Made by a program: the position numbers and the translations under genes. This document shows positions 43,238 to 53,374 of a stretch of 64,000 nt of DNA, one piece after another. Below the pieces are notes generated by a model, which was not told where the DNA came from, searched no databases, and saw nothing but the letters and a program-made list of their open reading frames with translations. Within the stretch, counting starts at the first letter, position 1; each line of letters opens with the position of its first letter. The stretch is from a bacterium (GTDB lineage: Bacteria > SZUA-182 > DTGQ01 > JAFGSM01). The DNA is taken from contig JBLIRO010000002.1 of NCBI GenBank assembly GCA_049472335.1, positions 64,001-128,000 of the forward strand. The letters are read 5' to 3'.

Positions 43238-44530
43238 TCATCTTAAGTAAGAAAGCTCCGCGGGAAGGGGTTGGTCTTTCCCCATGGTATCTTCTCCATA
43301 ATTGACGCTTGCAAGGATTTCCAGGTCCTTTAGGGCCCTTTTATCGCCAACGAAGGTAACCGTCTGGATATTATCTCTTGCAATCTTTCCACCGGCCCAG
43401 GTAATACTTAAGATACTGCCTGCATCAAATTTGTCCTCTCCTACAATCATAAAAACTTCCGAACCATAATGATTTACAACCTTTGAAACCAGAGTGGCGG
43501 GCCTGAGATGAAAGCCCAGATTTTTAGGAATGCCTAATGTGACAGATCCTTTTGAGGTGTAATCATGTAATAACTCCTCAGAGAGATTTTTTCCGTAAGA
43601 AACGAATTTTCTGCAGTAATGTAATGCCCAGGTCAGGATGTAGTCCAGAATGCAATCTGGCTTCATTTCGTTATGTATCTCCTGATGGATTTTCGGATGC
43701 CGTTCATAAAAATGGGACCATGCCCGGGCTGCTTCAAGGAGAAGCAAAGGGATAGAGATATAGTTCTTAAGGTGAGCCAGGCGGGGATCTTTATCTTCTC
43801 TGGGCTTATAATTCACATAGGTATCATATACAGATTCAAGGTTGTGCATCTCCAATTCGAATTTTCTAATACATTCCTCATTGATAACCTCAGGAAGAAG
43901 CAGATCTATATTTTTAAGTGTTGTATTATCTGTGTGACAGGCAACCGGATCGAAATTCTGGGCTAGATTTTGATATAAAGAACAGATCTTGGCGATGTCC
44001 TTTTCTTCGTCCCCATAATCCGTTTTATCCATATTCACAGGAAGAAATGCATTCCCAAGGGAATTAAGTTCTAACAATCCTTTAAAATGGGAATCAGGAA
44101 GCTCTATGCCCAGTTTACTCGCATGGCTTAACAATTTATTAAATATGTAAGTCAAAGCTTTTATATGAAAGTGTTTGACCTGGTCCAGCCCCTGAAAGAA
44201 TTCACTGAAGTCTTTTAATTCAAGGCTATCAGGAGAATATCTTTTCTGAATAAACACAATCAGATATCCTGTTTGTCCAAAGCCCCTCGCCGTGGCTACA
44301 AGTTCCCTGAAATAAAACCATTTCCTGTTTCGCCGGGCTCCATGGTCATCTAAAAAGTCCTCTAAGAGGCGCGCATTGGCTATAAGGATGCTTAAAAAGT
44401 TTCGATTAGCTATTTTGATCGCGGATTTTTTGTCCTTTATAATCAGGCACTGGCTTAGTAAACCCTGAGCGTATCGCTGGGCAACAGATAGAAAGTTTTT
44501 ATAAGATATAACAGTTTGACTTAATTTCAT
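43238..44530 (-). CDS. Large protein with a C-terminal HPr phosphocarrier domain
   Basis: C-terminal GFHLRPATLVSKV..HYGSEV...DAGSIL (His15 and Ser46 equivalents); about 325-aa helical N-terminal region of unknown family. Confidence 0.85.
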   Translation of the reverse strand: MKLSQTVISYKNFLSVAQRYAQGLLSQCLIIKDKKSAIKIANRNFLSILIANARLLEDFLDDHGARRNRKWFYFRELVATARGFGQTGYLIVFIQKRYSPDSLELKDFSEFFQGLDQVKHFHIKALTYIFNKLLSHASKLGIELPDSHFKGLLELNSLGNAFLPVNMDKTDYGDEEKDIAKICSLYQNLAQNFDPVACHTDNTTLKNIDLLLPEVINEECIRKFELEMHNLESVYDTYVNYKPREDKDPRLAHLKNYISIPLLLLEAARAWSHFYERHPKIHQEIHNEMKPDCILDYILTWALHYCRKFVSYGKNLSEELLHDYTSKGSVTLGIPKNLGFHLRPATLVSKVVNHYGSEVFMIVGEDKFDAGSILSITWAGGKIARDNIQTVTFVGDKRALKDLEILASVNYGEDTMGKDQPLPAELSYLR

Positions 44531-44846
44531 CTTTTACCTTTTTCATAATCAATCAATATACATTAATGTATTATACCTGCCAATCCTATTATTGTACATT
44601 CTTTTATTGTAAATCAAGACATTCTCAAAAGGAAGGATTAATAAGCATGGAGAGAAGGAGTCTAGCTAAATTTATAAAATTATAAAAAGATTTGTTGAAA
44701 GGGAATTTTGAGGCCGCCCTTTTTTACACTTTGATGAAGAATTTTTTTAAATCATGCCAGTCAGAATAGTCGATGTTTTATGGACGGCCTCTTTCCCACC
44801 TATTTTAACAAACCCCCTCTTTTAAAGAAGATAAGTCCCAAGGTTT

Positions 44847-45410
44847 TTATAGTATTGGCAATCCCCATATCTGCGCTGGGGTCAGCAGGTTAGCCAGAGG
44901 AATGCCAAAGGTCCCGGTTGGATATGTTGCTAAAAATGAAAGATTCCCCTGTGTCACGAAGGGTCCGAAAACCGATAATTCTATTGGTGACAAGGCGCCA
45001 AAACCCGCCGGCAAGCTTATAGGAGCTGGTGCTCCAGTGAGAGGATCGATCAAATATGAAGGGGGCCAGGGATTAAGTCCATAGTAAGGATCAAAGAAGG
45101 TTATGCCTCCACCCAGAACCGACGGGATATTGTATAGGAGCCATGGAAATGATTGAGCAGGATCCCAGGTCATAACCGGCTGGACAGGCAGTATTGTACT
45201 GCCGCTCAATTCGGAAAGAAGAGGTGTGGCTAAACCCGTAAGAGGATCTGCAGGTGAAAACACCGGAGACCAAAGGGGCCATAAAAGGTTATAAGGTGGT
45301 ATGGCCGACCAGTATTGTGCATTAGCCAAAGGAACGCCAATTAAAGTTACAGTAAAAAGAAGAGCTGTTGTTAGTATCCCTAATTTGAGTATTCTTTTTT
45401 CCCTTAACAT
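44847..45410 (-). CDS. Secreted Pro/aromatic-rich hypothetical protein
   Basis: AGGAGG RBS; signal peptide ending ANA|QYW; the mature part has no K, R, H or C. Confidence 0.8.
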   Translation of the reverse strand: MLREKRILKLGILTTALLFTVTLIGVPLANAQYWSAIPPYNLLWPLWSPVFSPADPLTGLATPLLSELSGSTILPVQPVMTWDPAQSFPWLLYNIPSVLGGGITFFDPYYGLNPWPPSYLIDPLTGAPAPISLPAGFGALSPIELSVFGPFVTQGNLSFLATYPTGTFGIPLANLLTPAQIWGLPIL

Positions 45411-45858
45411 CTTAAACCTCCTGAAATTCTAAATCAAAAAAAGAATTTTATTCTCAAAAAACCAAAAAATTCGGGCAAAGGGAATTTGCGGTTATAAATT
45501 GAAATGCCTGAATCTCCTTTTTCCTTAAGAAGAAAAAAGTTATCTTTAAAAGAAAATACAAAGACGAGAAAAGATGGTCAAGTAAATTTATTTATCACCT
45601 CCCTTCGATTTGTTCACTATAAATTTTAACAGGGGCAACAGAAAATGTAAAGGAGAAAAAATATATTATGGACTTAACTCAAAATAAAACAGTCTGTTAT
45701 AAAAATAAGAAAAAAAGTTGAGATGTGGTTGCAAATTATCAATTAAAATGATAGATTAAAATGCGATTAATCCTTAAGGTATTTTTAAATATTTAACTTA
45801 ATTGGAAAAAAAACAGCCGCTGCATCTGAGTTTTTACATTAAATTATTTAAGCGGCCT

Positions 45859-45892
45859 GGGGGGGTGGTCAATAATTAGCCACCCTCTTTTT
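45859..45892 (+). terminator. Terminator-like hairpin upstream of the XRE gene
   Basis: GGGGGTGGTCAA-t-AATTAGCCACCCTC-TTTTT. Confidence 0.5.
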
Positions 45893-45951
45893 ATATATAT
45901 AATAAATAATATAATAATTGAAAGCACCCAAAACGCTTCGGAAAGAAAACC

Positions 45952-46374
45952 ATGGAGCAACATGAATCCTACAAGGATCTAAGTGAGTGGTTTGCTGCCT
46001 TTAAAGATACCAAAGAAAAAAATCTAGTCGCACTCAGCTTAGGCGAGTTACTTAAAATCCAAAGAAAGAGGCTGGATATGAACCAAAGACAAGTAGCCAG
46101 GGCTTCGGGTATAACTCCCGCCACCATATCCAGATTGGAAAGCGGTCAGATAAAAGAATTAAAATCAGAGGCATTGAAAAGGTTGGCGGATGCTTTAAAC
46201 GTAACGGCAGATTATTTGCTGGGCAGGGCCACAAGATCGAATCTGAGTAATATGTCCGAAAAGGATACTAATTTAGAATATATACTCCATGTCTATAAGA
46301 ATTTGTCCTTCAAAAAAAGAAAAGAGCTAAGAAATTTCGTAAGTTTTCTTGAACAACAGGAAAATAAAAAGTAG
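45952..46374 (+). CDS. XRE/Cro-family HTH transcriptional regulator
   Basis: LGELLK..R....MNQRQVARASGITPATISRLESG...L.RLADALNVTADYLLG. Confidence 0.9.
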   Translation: MEQHESYKDLSEWFAAFKDTKEKNLVALSLGELLKIQRKRLDMNQRQVARASGITPATISRLESGQIKELKSEALKRLADALNVTADYLLGRATRSNLSNMSEKDTNLEYILHVYKNLSFKKRKELRNFVSFLEQQENKK

Positions 46375-46463
46375 GTATTAAACCCGGATTTTGCATTTGA
46401 AGTCTATTACGACTTGAAATCAACCTAGATTTTATATAGAAAAAAGCGAAAGGTCTGTTGAAA

Positions 46464-47474
46464 TTAAATCCTTTCTTTTTTTTTCTCAATATTTTTATGA
46501 TAAATATTTGGATATATCTCTTTTAAACAATCAAGACAAATAGTATGAATAATGTCTTCATCTGAATGGGTTCTAATATACTCTTCAACAGGATGCCATT
46601 GCCCCTTATCATCGCGTATTCTTTTACAATGGCCACAAATGGAAAAGTTGCCGCTTAAGCTCTTAATCTTGATAAGAGATTCCTGTAAATGTTTGTTTAT
46701 CTCCTTTAACTCCTCTACTGTTTTCTTTCTTGCTGTAATATCACTGGCTATGCAGTTTATATATGTAAGATTTCCCTTATCATCAACGCATCTGTTTACT
46801 TTCCAAAGCATATCATGGATTTGTCCCTGATGATCGATTATACGGCTCTCAAAGGATTCTTCCGATCTTACACTCCCAATTAATGCGTCTTTTGTCTTTT
46901 TTCTATCCTCAACATGAATAAAGTCCAGAAGGGTCAATCCTGTGCATTTGCCTGGATCAAGGCCAAAGATCCTCTCTGCGGCAGGATTATAATAGAGAAA
47001 TCTTGTCTGGTTATCTATGCGAACGATGATATCATCAACACTATCAATGAAATTACGGAATTTCTCTTCACTCTTGCGAAGGGATCTGTCCATATTTGCC
47101 TTGTAGAAAGCCATCTCTAAATTGATATAAAGGTCCATATCGTCAAATGGCTTCAGAATATATCCATAAGGGCCAGTTATTTTAGCGCGATCTAGAATCT
47201 CTTCATCGGAATGTGCAGTGACAAAGATGATTGGAATATCTTCAAGGCCATGGATTTTTTCAGCGGTTTCAATGCCGTCCATATATCCGCTGAGCACAAT
47301 ATCCATAAGTATTAAATCAGGCTTTTCATGCTCGATCTTTTCCAGTGCCTCCTCTCCTGATGTGACAGTACAACACACAGAATATCCCATATTTTCCAAA
47401 CATTCTTTGATATCTTCTGCAACTACGAACTCATCTTCAACAATCATTATCTTTTTTGTTTTTTTAGCCTCCAT
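46464..47474 (-). CDS. Response regulator (REC + PAS + Cys-rich C-terminal domain)
   Basis: IVEDE, DLILMDI, VTAH, KPF; PAS FIHVEDR; tail ICGHCKRIR...HTICLDC. Confidence 0.9.
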   Translation of the reverse strand: MEAKKTKKIMIVEDEFVVAEDIKECLENMGYSVCCTVTSGEEALEKIEHEKPDLILMDIVLSGYMDGIETAEKIHGLEDIPIIFVTAHSDEEILDRAKITGPYGYILKPFDDMDLYINLEMAFYKANMDRSLRKSEEKFRNFIDSVDDIIVRIDNQTRFLYYNPAAERIFGLDPGKCTGLTLLDFIHVEDRKKTKDALIGSVRSEESFESRIIDHQGQIHDMLWKVNRCVDDKGNLTYINCIASDITARKKTVEELKEINKHLQESLIKIKSLSGNFSICGHCKRIRDDKGQWHPVEEYIRTHSDEDIIHTICLDCLKEIYPNIYHKNIEKKKERI

Positions 47475-47486
47475 TATTCTTGCTTA

Positions 47487-49547
47487 TCAATCCTTTCTCT
47501 TGAACCCGATCACGTATCGAGTCCCGTCGTTTCTCGAAAGAGTCAGAGTTCCTTTTATCTGTTCTTCTATGAGTCCGGTTATAAGTCTAAGCCCAAGTGT
47601 TTTCGTGTTTCGATAGTCCACATGATCAGGGATGCCTCTTCCATTATCACTAATTATAAGCTCGATCTCATTGTTTTCGAGCAAACGCGAACAGATCTTT
47701 ATTTCGCCTTTTTCTGTTTCCTTAAATGCGTGTTTCAGGGAATTGGAAATGATCTCATTAAGGACAAGGCCAATGGGAACCGCCTGGTTAATGCCAAGGT
47801 TTATCATATCTCCTTCTGTTTTAAAATCAATATGTTTGGCAGGTGTTCCGAATACCTTTAGAATATTTTTTACTATATGTATAATATACTCGTTAAGATC
47901 AATTTCGGCAAGGTCTTCTGATTGGTAAAGTATCTCGTGAACTAATGCCATGGCTGTAATTCGGTTGTTGCTTTCCTGATAGACCTTTTTCACATACTCA
48001 TCATTGACTCTTCCTGCCTGCAGCTTTAGCAAGCTTGAGATGATTTGAAGATTATTCTTGACACGATGATGAATTTCTCTCAGAAGCGCATCCTTTTCTC
48101 TGAGAGATTGTTTGATTTTTGTTTCCGCCTTTTTCCTCTCAGTTATGTCTTTTATAATAGTTATGATTTTGGTTATTTTGTTTGCCTCGAATACAGGTAT
48201 TTTTCTTGCCTCAGTAATAAATTCCCTGTCTCCGATTTTGGTTATTTCCTCGGTAAAAAGTACCTTCCCGCTATCTAATACTTTTTTATATTCATCCCGA
48301 ACCCTGTCCGACAGGAATGGAAAAACCTCAAATATGGATTTGCCGTTTATGTCGGTAGGCAGGCCCAGTTTTATGTTCCATTGTGTGAAGGCATCATTGA
48401 ATAGAATTAATCGCAGGTTATTATCAACTACGTGTATAGCGTCCCCCATCGAATTAATTGTAGTACGGTATTGCTCTTCTGACTCACGCAGGGTCTCCTC
48501 TGCCCGCTTGTGCTCGATGATTTTTCCCAATCGTTCGGCAATGATTTTAAGCAGATTTTTCTCTTCTTTTGGGGACTGTATTATTATATTCTCCCCTTCT
48601 CCAATCAGATGGTAAATCTCTAAAGTGCCGCTTTTTTTACCATGCACAAAGATGGTGCTTGATTGTTTACAGGTTGAGCGTTTAAAATTTTTGGTTTTAA
48701 AGGCATCTCCTCCTAAAATAATTTGCGCGCATAGAGTCTCCGGTTTTTGCCAGGCGGAAGGGATTAGATTGACGACGCCCTGAAGGATCTTTTCCAAAGA
48801 TATATCTTTTTTTTCCATAAAACGAGAAATGGCGTAAAGACAATTCAACTCTTTTATCCTGTTAGAAAGGTCCCGGGTCCTCTCCTGCAGCTCCCTCTCC
48901 ATTGTTATTCGCTTGGTGATATCCTCTCCGGAGCTTAGCACACCTGTAATATCGCCTGATTCGTTTGTCAGGATAGTATTATGCCAGGCGATAATCCTTT
49001 CTTCACCACTTTTGGTAACAACAGGATTTTCGAAGTATTCAAACACCCCTTCTCCCCCTGCCATCAATTGATGAAAAACATTTTTTGCATTTTCCTTCTT
49101 ATCTTCTCTAATAAAATAATCAAACCAGTTTTTCCCGATGATCTCGTTTTCTTTCCATCCTAAAATCTGGCAACCCTTTTTATTCAGAAGCTCTACTTTT
49201 TGATCTTTATTAATGGCAATAAGTATTACTCCGGCAATATCCAGATATTTGTCTGCCTTTTCCTTTTCTTCCCCAATTACACTCTCTGCCTCTTTGCGTT
49301 TGTTTATATTATGAATTAAGCTTAATATCGTTATTATTCCAATGGTTGCTATCAATATTGATTCAATAATTGCCTGTCCCCAGTTAACAGGTGTTTTTAC
49401 TGTCCCGAATATTTTATGGGGAAGATCCAGAATCTCATTTAACCAAACCAGAATGAAGAGGATAATGAACATATACGCGACTGGTCTGCAAATTTTGTCG
49501 ATCGCGATGTTTTTAGCAAATCCTTTATGAATGGTTTCCTGTCCCAT
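47487..49547 (-). CDS. Membrane PAS sensor histidine kinase (HisKA_2 type)
   Basis: Two N-terminal TMs, two PAS domains, EIHHRVKNNLQ, NE..SNSLKHAF, DNGRG, LGL.L. Confidence 0.92.
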   Translation of the reverse strand: MGQETIHKGFAKNIAIDKICRPVAYMFIILFILVWLNEILDLPHKIFGTVKTPVNWGQAIIESILIATIGIITILSLIHNINKRKEAESVIGEEKEKADKYLDIAGVILIAINKDQKVELLNKKGCQILGWKENEIIGKNWFDYFIREDKKENAKNVFHQLMAGGEGVFEYFENPVVTKSGEERIIAWHNTILTNESGDITGVLSSGEDITKRITMERELQERTRDLSNRIKELNCLYAISRFMEKKDISLEKILQGVVNLIPSAWQKPETLCAQIILGGDAFKTKNFKRSTCKQSSTIFVHGKKSGTLEIYHLIGEGENIIIQSPKEEKNLLKIIAERLGKIIEHKRAEETLRESEEQYRTTINSMGDAIHVVDNNLRLILFNDAFTQWNIKLGLPTDINGKSIFEVFPFLSDRVRDEYKKVLDSGKVLFTEEITKIGDREFITEARKIPVFEANKITKIITIIKDITERKKAETKIKQSLREKDALLREIHHRVKNNLQIISSLLKLQAGRVNDEYVKKVYQESNNRITAMALVHEILYQSEDLAEIDLNEYIIHIVKNILKVFGTPAKHIDFKTEGDMINLGINQAVPIGLVLNEIISNSLKHAFKETEKGEIKICSRLLENNEIELIISDNGRGIPDHVDYRNTKTLGLRLITGLIEEQIKGTLTLSRNDGTRYVIGFKRKD

Positions 49548-49702
49548 AGATTTTTTAGGAAGAAATATGAATGACTTTTTTACGATCTTATCAAATTTGC
49601 GGATTAAATTAAATATAATATAATTTATTCCTTGATATTTTATTGTATGGTTGTATTATATATTATTTGTCTCTTTTATCAATCCCTATAATAAAAATCC
49701 TT

Positions 49703-49738
49703 TGAAGATACCCCGTCCTCTAACGGCAGGGTGATTCA
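49703..49738. repeat. Solo hairpin resembling an IS200/IS605-type end or REP-like element
   Basis: TGAAGATACCCCGTCCTCTAACGGCAGGGTGATTCA, a GC-rich imperfect palindrome in an AT-rich gap; family assigned from recalled similarity only. Confidence 0.4.
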
Positions 49739-49855
49739 TTTACAACAATCTGTTAATTGACTAAGCTCCTGTTTGTCAGGTATATTTCTATTAAGAAAAG
49801 AGAAACACAACCGGATTAAATATAATGATTCAATAAAAATTATTTCATTAGAGGT

Positions 49856-51385
49856 TTGGTTATGAAAAAAAGCGTGAGGCGTCTGGTAATTATCTCTTTT
49901 TTTCTGATTATTATTTTTTTTGGTCTATTCAAGGTTGTAAATTTTGATTTTGGCTGGCATTTAAAAACAGGAGAATACATTTACACGAGCAAGTCCATTC
50001 CAAAACAGGATATCTTTTCCTATATTGCTGCGGGAAATAAATGGATCGATTCTCACTGGTTGTTTCAATTGGTATTATATCTGTTTTACTCTATTGGCGG
50101 GACCAATGGTGTAGTACTTTTGCGAATTTTGGTATTACTTTTAGCCTTTGGATTTTTATTTTATACCATCTACAGACAGGAATATTTTCTTGTTTCCATT
50201 CTGATTTCCATTTTTGCCCTATTTATTTCCTTTCAAAGGTTTCTTTTGAGACCGGAGATATTTACTTTTCTCTTTCTGACTGTATTTTTCTATTTTACGG
50301 AGAGATTCTCTAAGCACCCCCGCCTTTCTTTGGTTATTATCCCTTTATGTCAGATTGTTTGGGCCAATATGCACGGGCTCTATGTTTTGGGTATAATCTT
50401 TCTGCTGTTTTACCTTTTGGGAGATCTTTTTCAGATGTTATTAAGCAGGTATATATCAGTTGTTCCGAAGGTGGAGATAAGCCCCGGGGAATGGAAACAA
50501 AAAGGAGTCCTGTTTTGTTTGACTTGTATTGCATCATTGATTAATGCAAATGGGAAAGACGGCATCTTATATCCCTACAAGATTTTTTATGAACTGAGAA
50601 CTAAGACAACTGTTTTTTCCAGGGTAACGGAACTTATATCACCCTTTTCAGCGAAACATCTTCCGTTTCCTGACCCTTCGATCATTTATAAAATTTTTCT
50701 TGCTCTATCAGTTTTAGCCATCATTTGTAATATAAAACGCTTTCGTTTGGGTCATATTCTACCATATGGGGCCTTTATGTATCTTTCCTTTTTGGCCATA
50801 AGGAACATGCCTCTGTTTGCCATCATTGCAACCCCTGTAACTATCAAAAACATAAATGATATTTTGGATTTCCTACGGAAAAAGACAGAGAAATGGCCTT
50901 TGGCAAGATCTGTCTTTTCCTTATCGATTTCCTCTTGTTTTATATTATTCGCTGTTTTTGTCTGTGTCTTTATTGCAAATAACGGCATTTATAAAAGGCT
51001 TAATTATCTGAGGACCTTTGGGATCGGAGAATCGGATTATTATCCTTCAGAAGCAGTCAATTATCTTAAAGATAAAGATATTGAAGGTAATATCTTCAAT
51101 AGCTCTGATATAGGTGGTTATTTAATATGGAAAATATACCCTCGTAAACAAGTATCTTTGGATGGAAGATGGGAAGTTTACGGGGATTTTGTGAATAATA
51201 TTCAGTATCTTCAGAGTCCGTTATATTTTACACAATTGACCGCAAAATATAATATCCATGCCATTATATTGCACAAAAGATCCTGGGAGATTCAACTTAT
51301 GGGACCCTGGCTTCAGAGAAGTCCATATTGGCGTTTGACTAAAAATACAAATAATGCAATAGTTTTTGAAAGATATAATTTTTAG
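49856..51385 (+). CDS. Polytopic membrane protein, possibly GT-C-like glycosyltransferase
   Basis: Many TM segments; DFGWHLKTG...DIFSY...W....WLFQ, LRPE, WANMHG, GGYLIW, DGR..VY. Confidence 0.7.
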   Translation: MVMKKSVRRLVIISFFLIIIFFGLFKVVNFDFGWHLKTGEYIYTSKSIPKQDIFSYIAAGNKWIDSHWLFQLVLYLFYSIGGTNGVVLLRILVLLLAFGFLFYTIYRQEYFLVSILISIFALFISFQRFLLRPEIFTFLFLTVFFYFTERFSKHPRLSLVIIPLCQIVWANMHGLYVLGIIFLLFYLLGDLFQMLLSRYISVVPKVEISPGEWKQKGVLFCLTCIASLINANGKDGILYPYKIFYELRTKTTVFSRVTELISPFSAKHLPFPDPSIIYKIFLALSVLAIICNIKRFRLGHILPYGAFMYLSFLAIRNMPLFAIIATPVTIKNINDILDFLRKKTEKWPLARSVFSLSISSCFILFAVFVCVFIANNGIYKRLNYLRTFGIGESDYYPSEAVNYLKDKDIEGNIFNSSDIGGYLIWKIYPRKQVSLDGRWEVYGDFVNNIQYLQSPLYFTQLTAKYNIHAIILHKRSWEIQLMGPWLQRSPYWRLTKNTNNAIVFERYNF

Positions 51386-51500
51386 GTTATAATAAAAAGG
51401 CAAGACAAAAAAAGAAAAATTGTAACAGTAGTATCCTGATTTCTTTAATGTGGATTATTACTTGTTGAATCTTATATATTTTTGTTCCTTGGAGTAAACT

Positions 51501-52916
51501 ATGAAAAAAGACATACTTTCAGAAACAAAAGAGATTACCAATTTGGTTCTTGAGGCTAAAGAAAAGGCTTATAGAGAGACAAGCTTTGAGCCAGAGCCCG
51601 AACTCACCCGAAAATTAAAATGGCCCATAGAATGCACTGTCGGGCCCGGTCTCGAAGGTGCTATTGCCTGTGAGAGTGAAATAGGTTATGTGAATGGTTC
51701 CAAGGGATTGTTGATCTATCGTGGCTATGACATTTTCGATCTTTGCGCCTATTCCACATTTGAGGAGGTTTCATTTCTGCTGCTTCATGGACATTTGCCA
51801 ACGAATAATGAACTTAAAGATTACAAAAACAAGCTCGTCAGATATCGAACGCTCCCTGAAACCGAGCGGCTGCTAATGAGTTTTCCTGTTGAAGAGATGA
51901 GCGCTATGTCTTCGTTACGTCTTGGCGTAAACCTTATGCGCCAGAAACAAACTTACCGTGATAAAAAAACTGCAAAATCCCTGAGTGTCCCGATTGCCGC
52001 GGATGAGGACTCTATTCCGATGGAGACGGTTCCCACAGGTGAGAAGAGGCCAATTTATGAGTTTAATAAAAAGCTGTATAGACCACCAAGTAATGTGGAT
52101 ACAGACCTCTTAAGCGCCGAGGACCTTGAGAGCTGTTATCATCTGATCTCCGGAGTGGCCTGTATCGCGGCTTCCATTGCCCGGTTGCGAACGGGTCATT
52201 TGCCATTGGAGAATGATCTGGATTTGAGCCATGCAGCCAACCTTCTTTATATGATGACAGGCCGGCGGCCGACACCTTTGGAAGAGCGCATAATGGATAT
52301 ATGCCTGATCCTTCATGCCGATCATGGTATGAATGCGAGCACCTTTGCTGCAATGGTTGTCGCTTCAACCCTTTCAGATATTTACTTCTCTATCGGATCG
52401 GGGATAGCCGCGTTAAACGGCCCTTTACATGGTGGCGCCAACGAACAGGTTATGCGTATGCTGGAAGAAATAGGTGATGTGGAGTCTGTTAAACCCTGGT
52501 TCGAGAACGCCATGATTAGCAAAAAAAGAATAATGGGTTTCGGACACCGTGTTTATAAGGCTTACGATCCGCGTGCAAGGGTATTAGGGCCTCTAGCCAA
52601 AATGCTTGTTAAAAGAAATCCAGAGATGAAGGGCTTATTCTATATAGCTAATGCCCTTGAAAAAGAGGTAATTTCAACCCTTGGCAAGGAAAAGAAAATC
52701 TTTCCTAATGTGGATTTTTATTCGGGTATAGTATATAAAGCAATGGAAATCGATCACGACCTTTTTACACCCATATTCGCTGTGGCGCGTGTTGCAGGCT
52801 GGACGGCAAGGATACTTGAATATCTTAAGAGAAACCGGATATTCCGTCCTCGAAGTATATATGTTGGCCCATTTAACCTGGAATATATCCCTATTGATAA
52901 GCGTGACAGCCATTAA
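51501..52916 (+). CDS. gltA: Citrate synthase family protein
   Basis: GLEG, LIYRGY, LHADHGMNAST, GPLHGGAN, MGFGHRVYK..DPRA, PNVDFYSG. Confidence 0.88.
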   Translation: MKKDILSETKEITNLVLEAKEKAYRETSFEPEPELTRKLKWPIECTVGPGLEGAIACESEIGYVNGSKGLLIYRGYDIFDLCAYSTFEEVSFLLLHGHLPTNNELKDYKNKLVRYRTLPETERLLMSFPVEEMSAMSSLRLGVNLMRQKQTYRDKKTAKSLSVPIAADEDSIPMETVPTGEKRPIYEFNKKLYRPPSNVDTDLLSAEDLESCYHLISGVACIAASIARLRTGHLPLENDLDLSHAANLLYMMTGRRPTPLEERIMDICLILHADHGMNASTFAAMVVASTLSDIYFSIGSGIAALNGPLHGGANEQVMRMLEEIGDVESVKPWFENAMISKKRIMGFGHRVYKAYDPRARVLGPLAKMLVKRNPEMKGLFYIANALEKEVISTLGKEKKIFPNVDFYSGIVYKAMEIDHDLFTPIFAVARVAGWTARILEYLKRNRIFRPRSIYVGPFNLEYIPIDKRDSH

Positions 52917-52995
52917 TTACAGCTATGGGGGGATTCGGATATTTACATTTGAACGTACCGCAAATATACTTAATACAAGCTGAAAGGAGGAAAAC

Positions 52996-53325
52996 ATGGA
53001 TTTCAAGAGGTTTTTAGCATGGATACCAGGTTGGTTGGGATTTCTGGCCCTTATCATAGTCGGTGTCCTGATGACCCTTAATGGTCTCATCCATCCCTTT
53101 GGCCCGCTCGATCACAAAAATATGGTCGGCTTCATTGTCTTCGGAATCTGCGCCGTACTTATAGGCGCCCTATCCTGGATTATCGGTGGAACATCCGAGA
53201 TCAAAGGCCGCACAGGGAAGGTGGGCGTATTGGTCGAAATTAAGGACTTGCCCTGGTGGGGTTATCTGATTGATGGCGGAATCCTGGTCATCGCCATCGT
53301 ACTTTTTTTCGCTCTGACGGCTTAG
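52996..53325 (+). CDS. Small three-TM membrane protein
   Basis: AAGGAGG RBS; three hydrophobic helices. Confidence 0.7.
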   Translation: MDFKRFLAWIPGWLGFLALIIVGVLMTLNGLIHPFGPLDHKNMVGFIVFGICAVLIGALSWIIGGTSEIKGRTGKVGVLVEIKDLPWWGYLIDGGILVIAIVLFFALTA

Positions 53326-53374
53326 CTGAACTCGCTGTAAAGAAGGATAAAAAGCTCAGAGTTTGTTTAAATGC

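Noticed and set aside
44701..44797. GAGGCCGCCC...GGACGGCCTC long-loop inverted repeat upstream of the HPr operon
   Set aside because: Short imperfect arms and a large loop; cannot be distinguished from a 3' UTR structure or chance.
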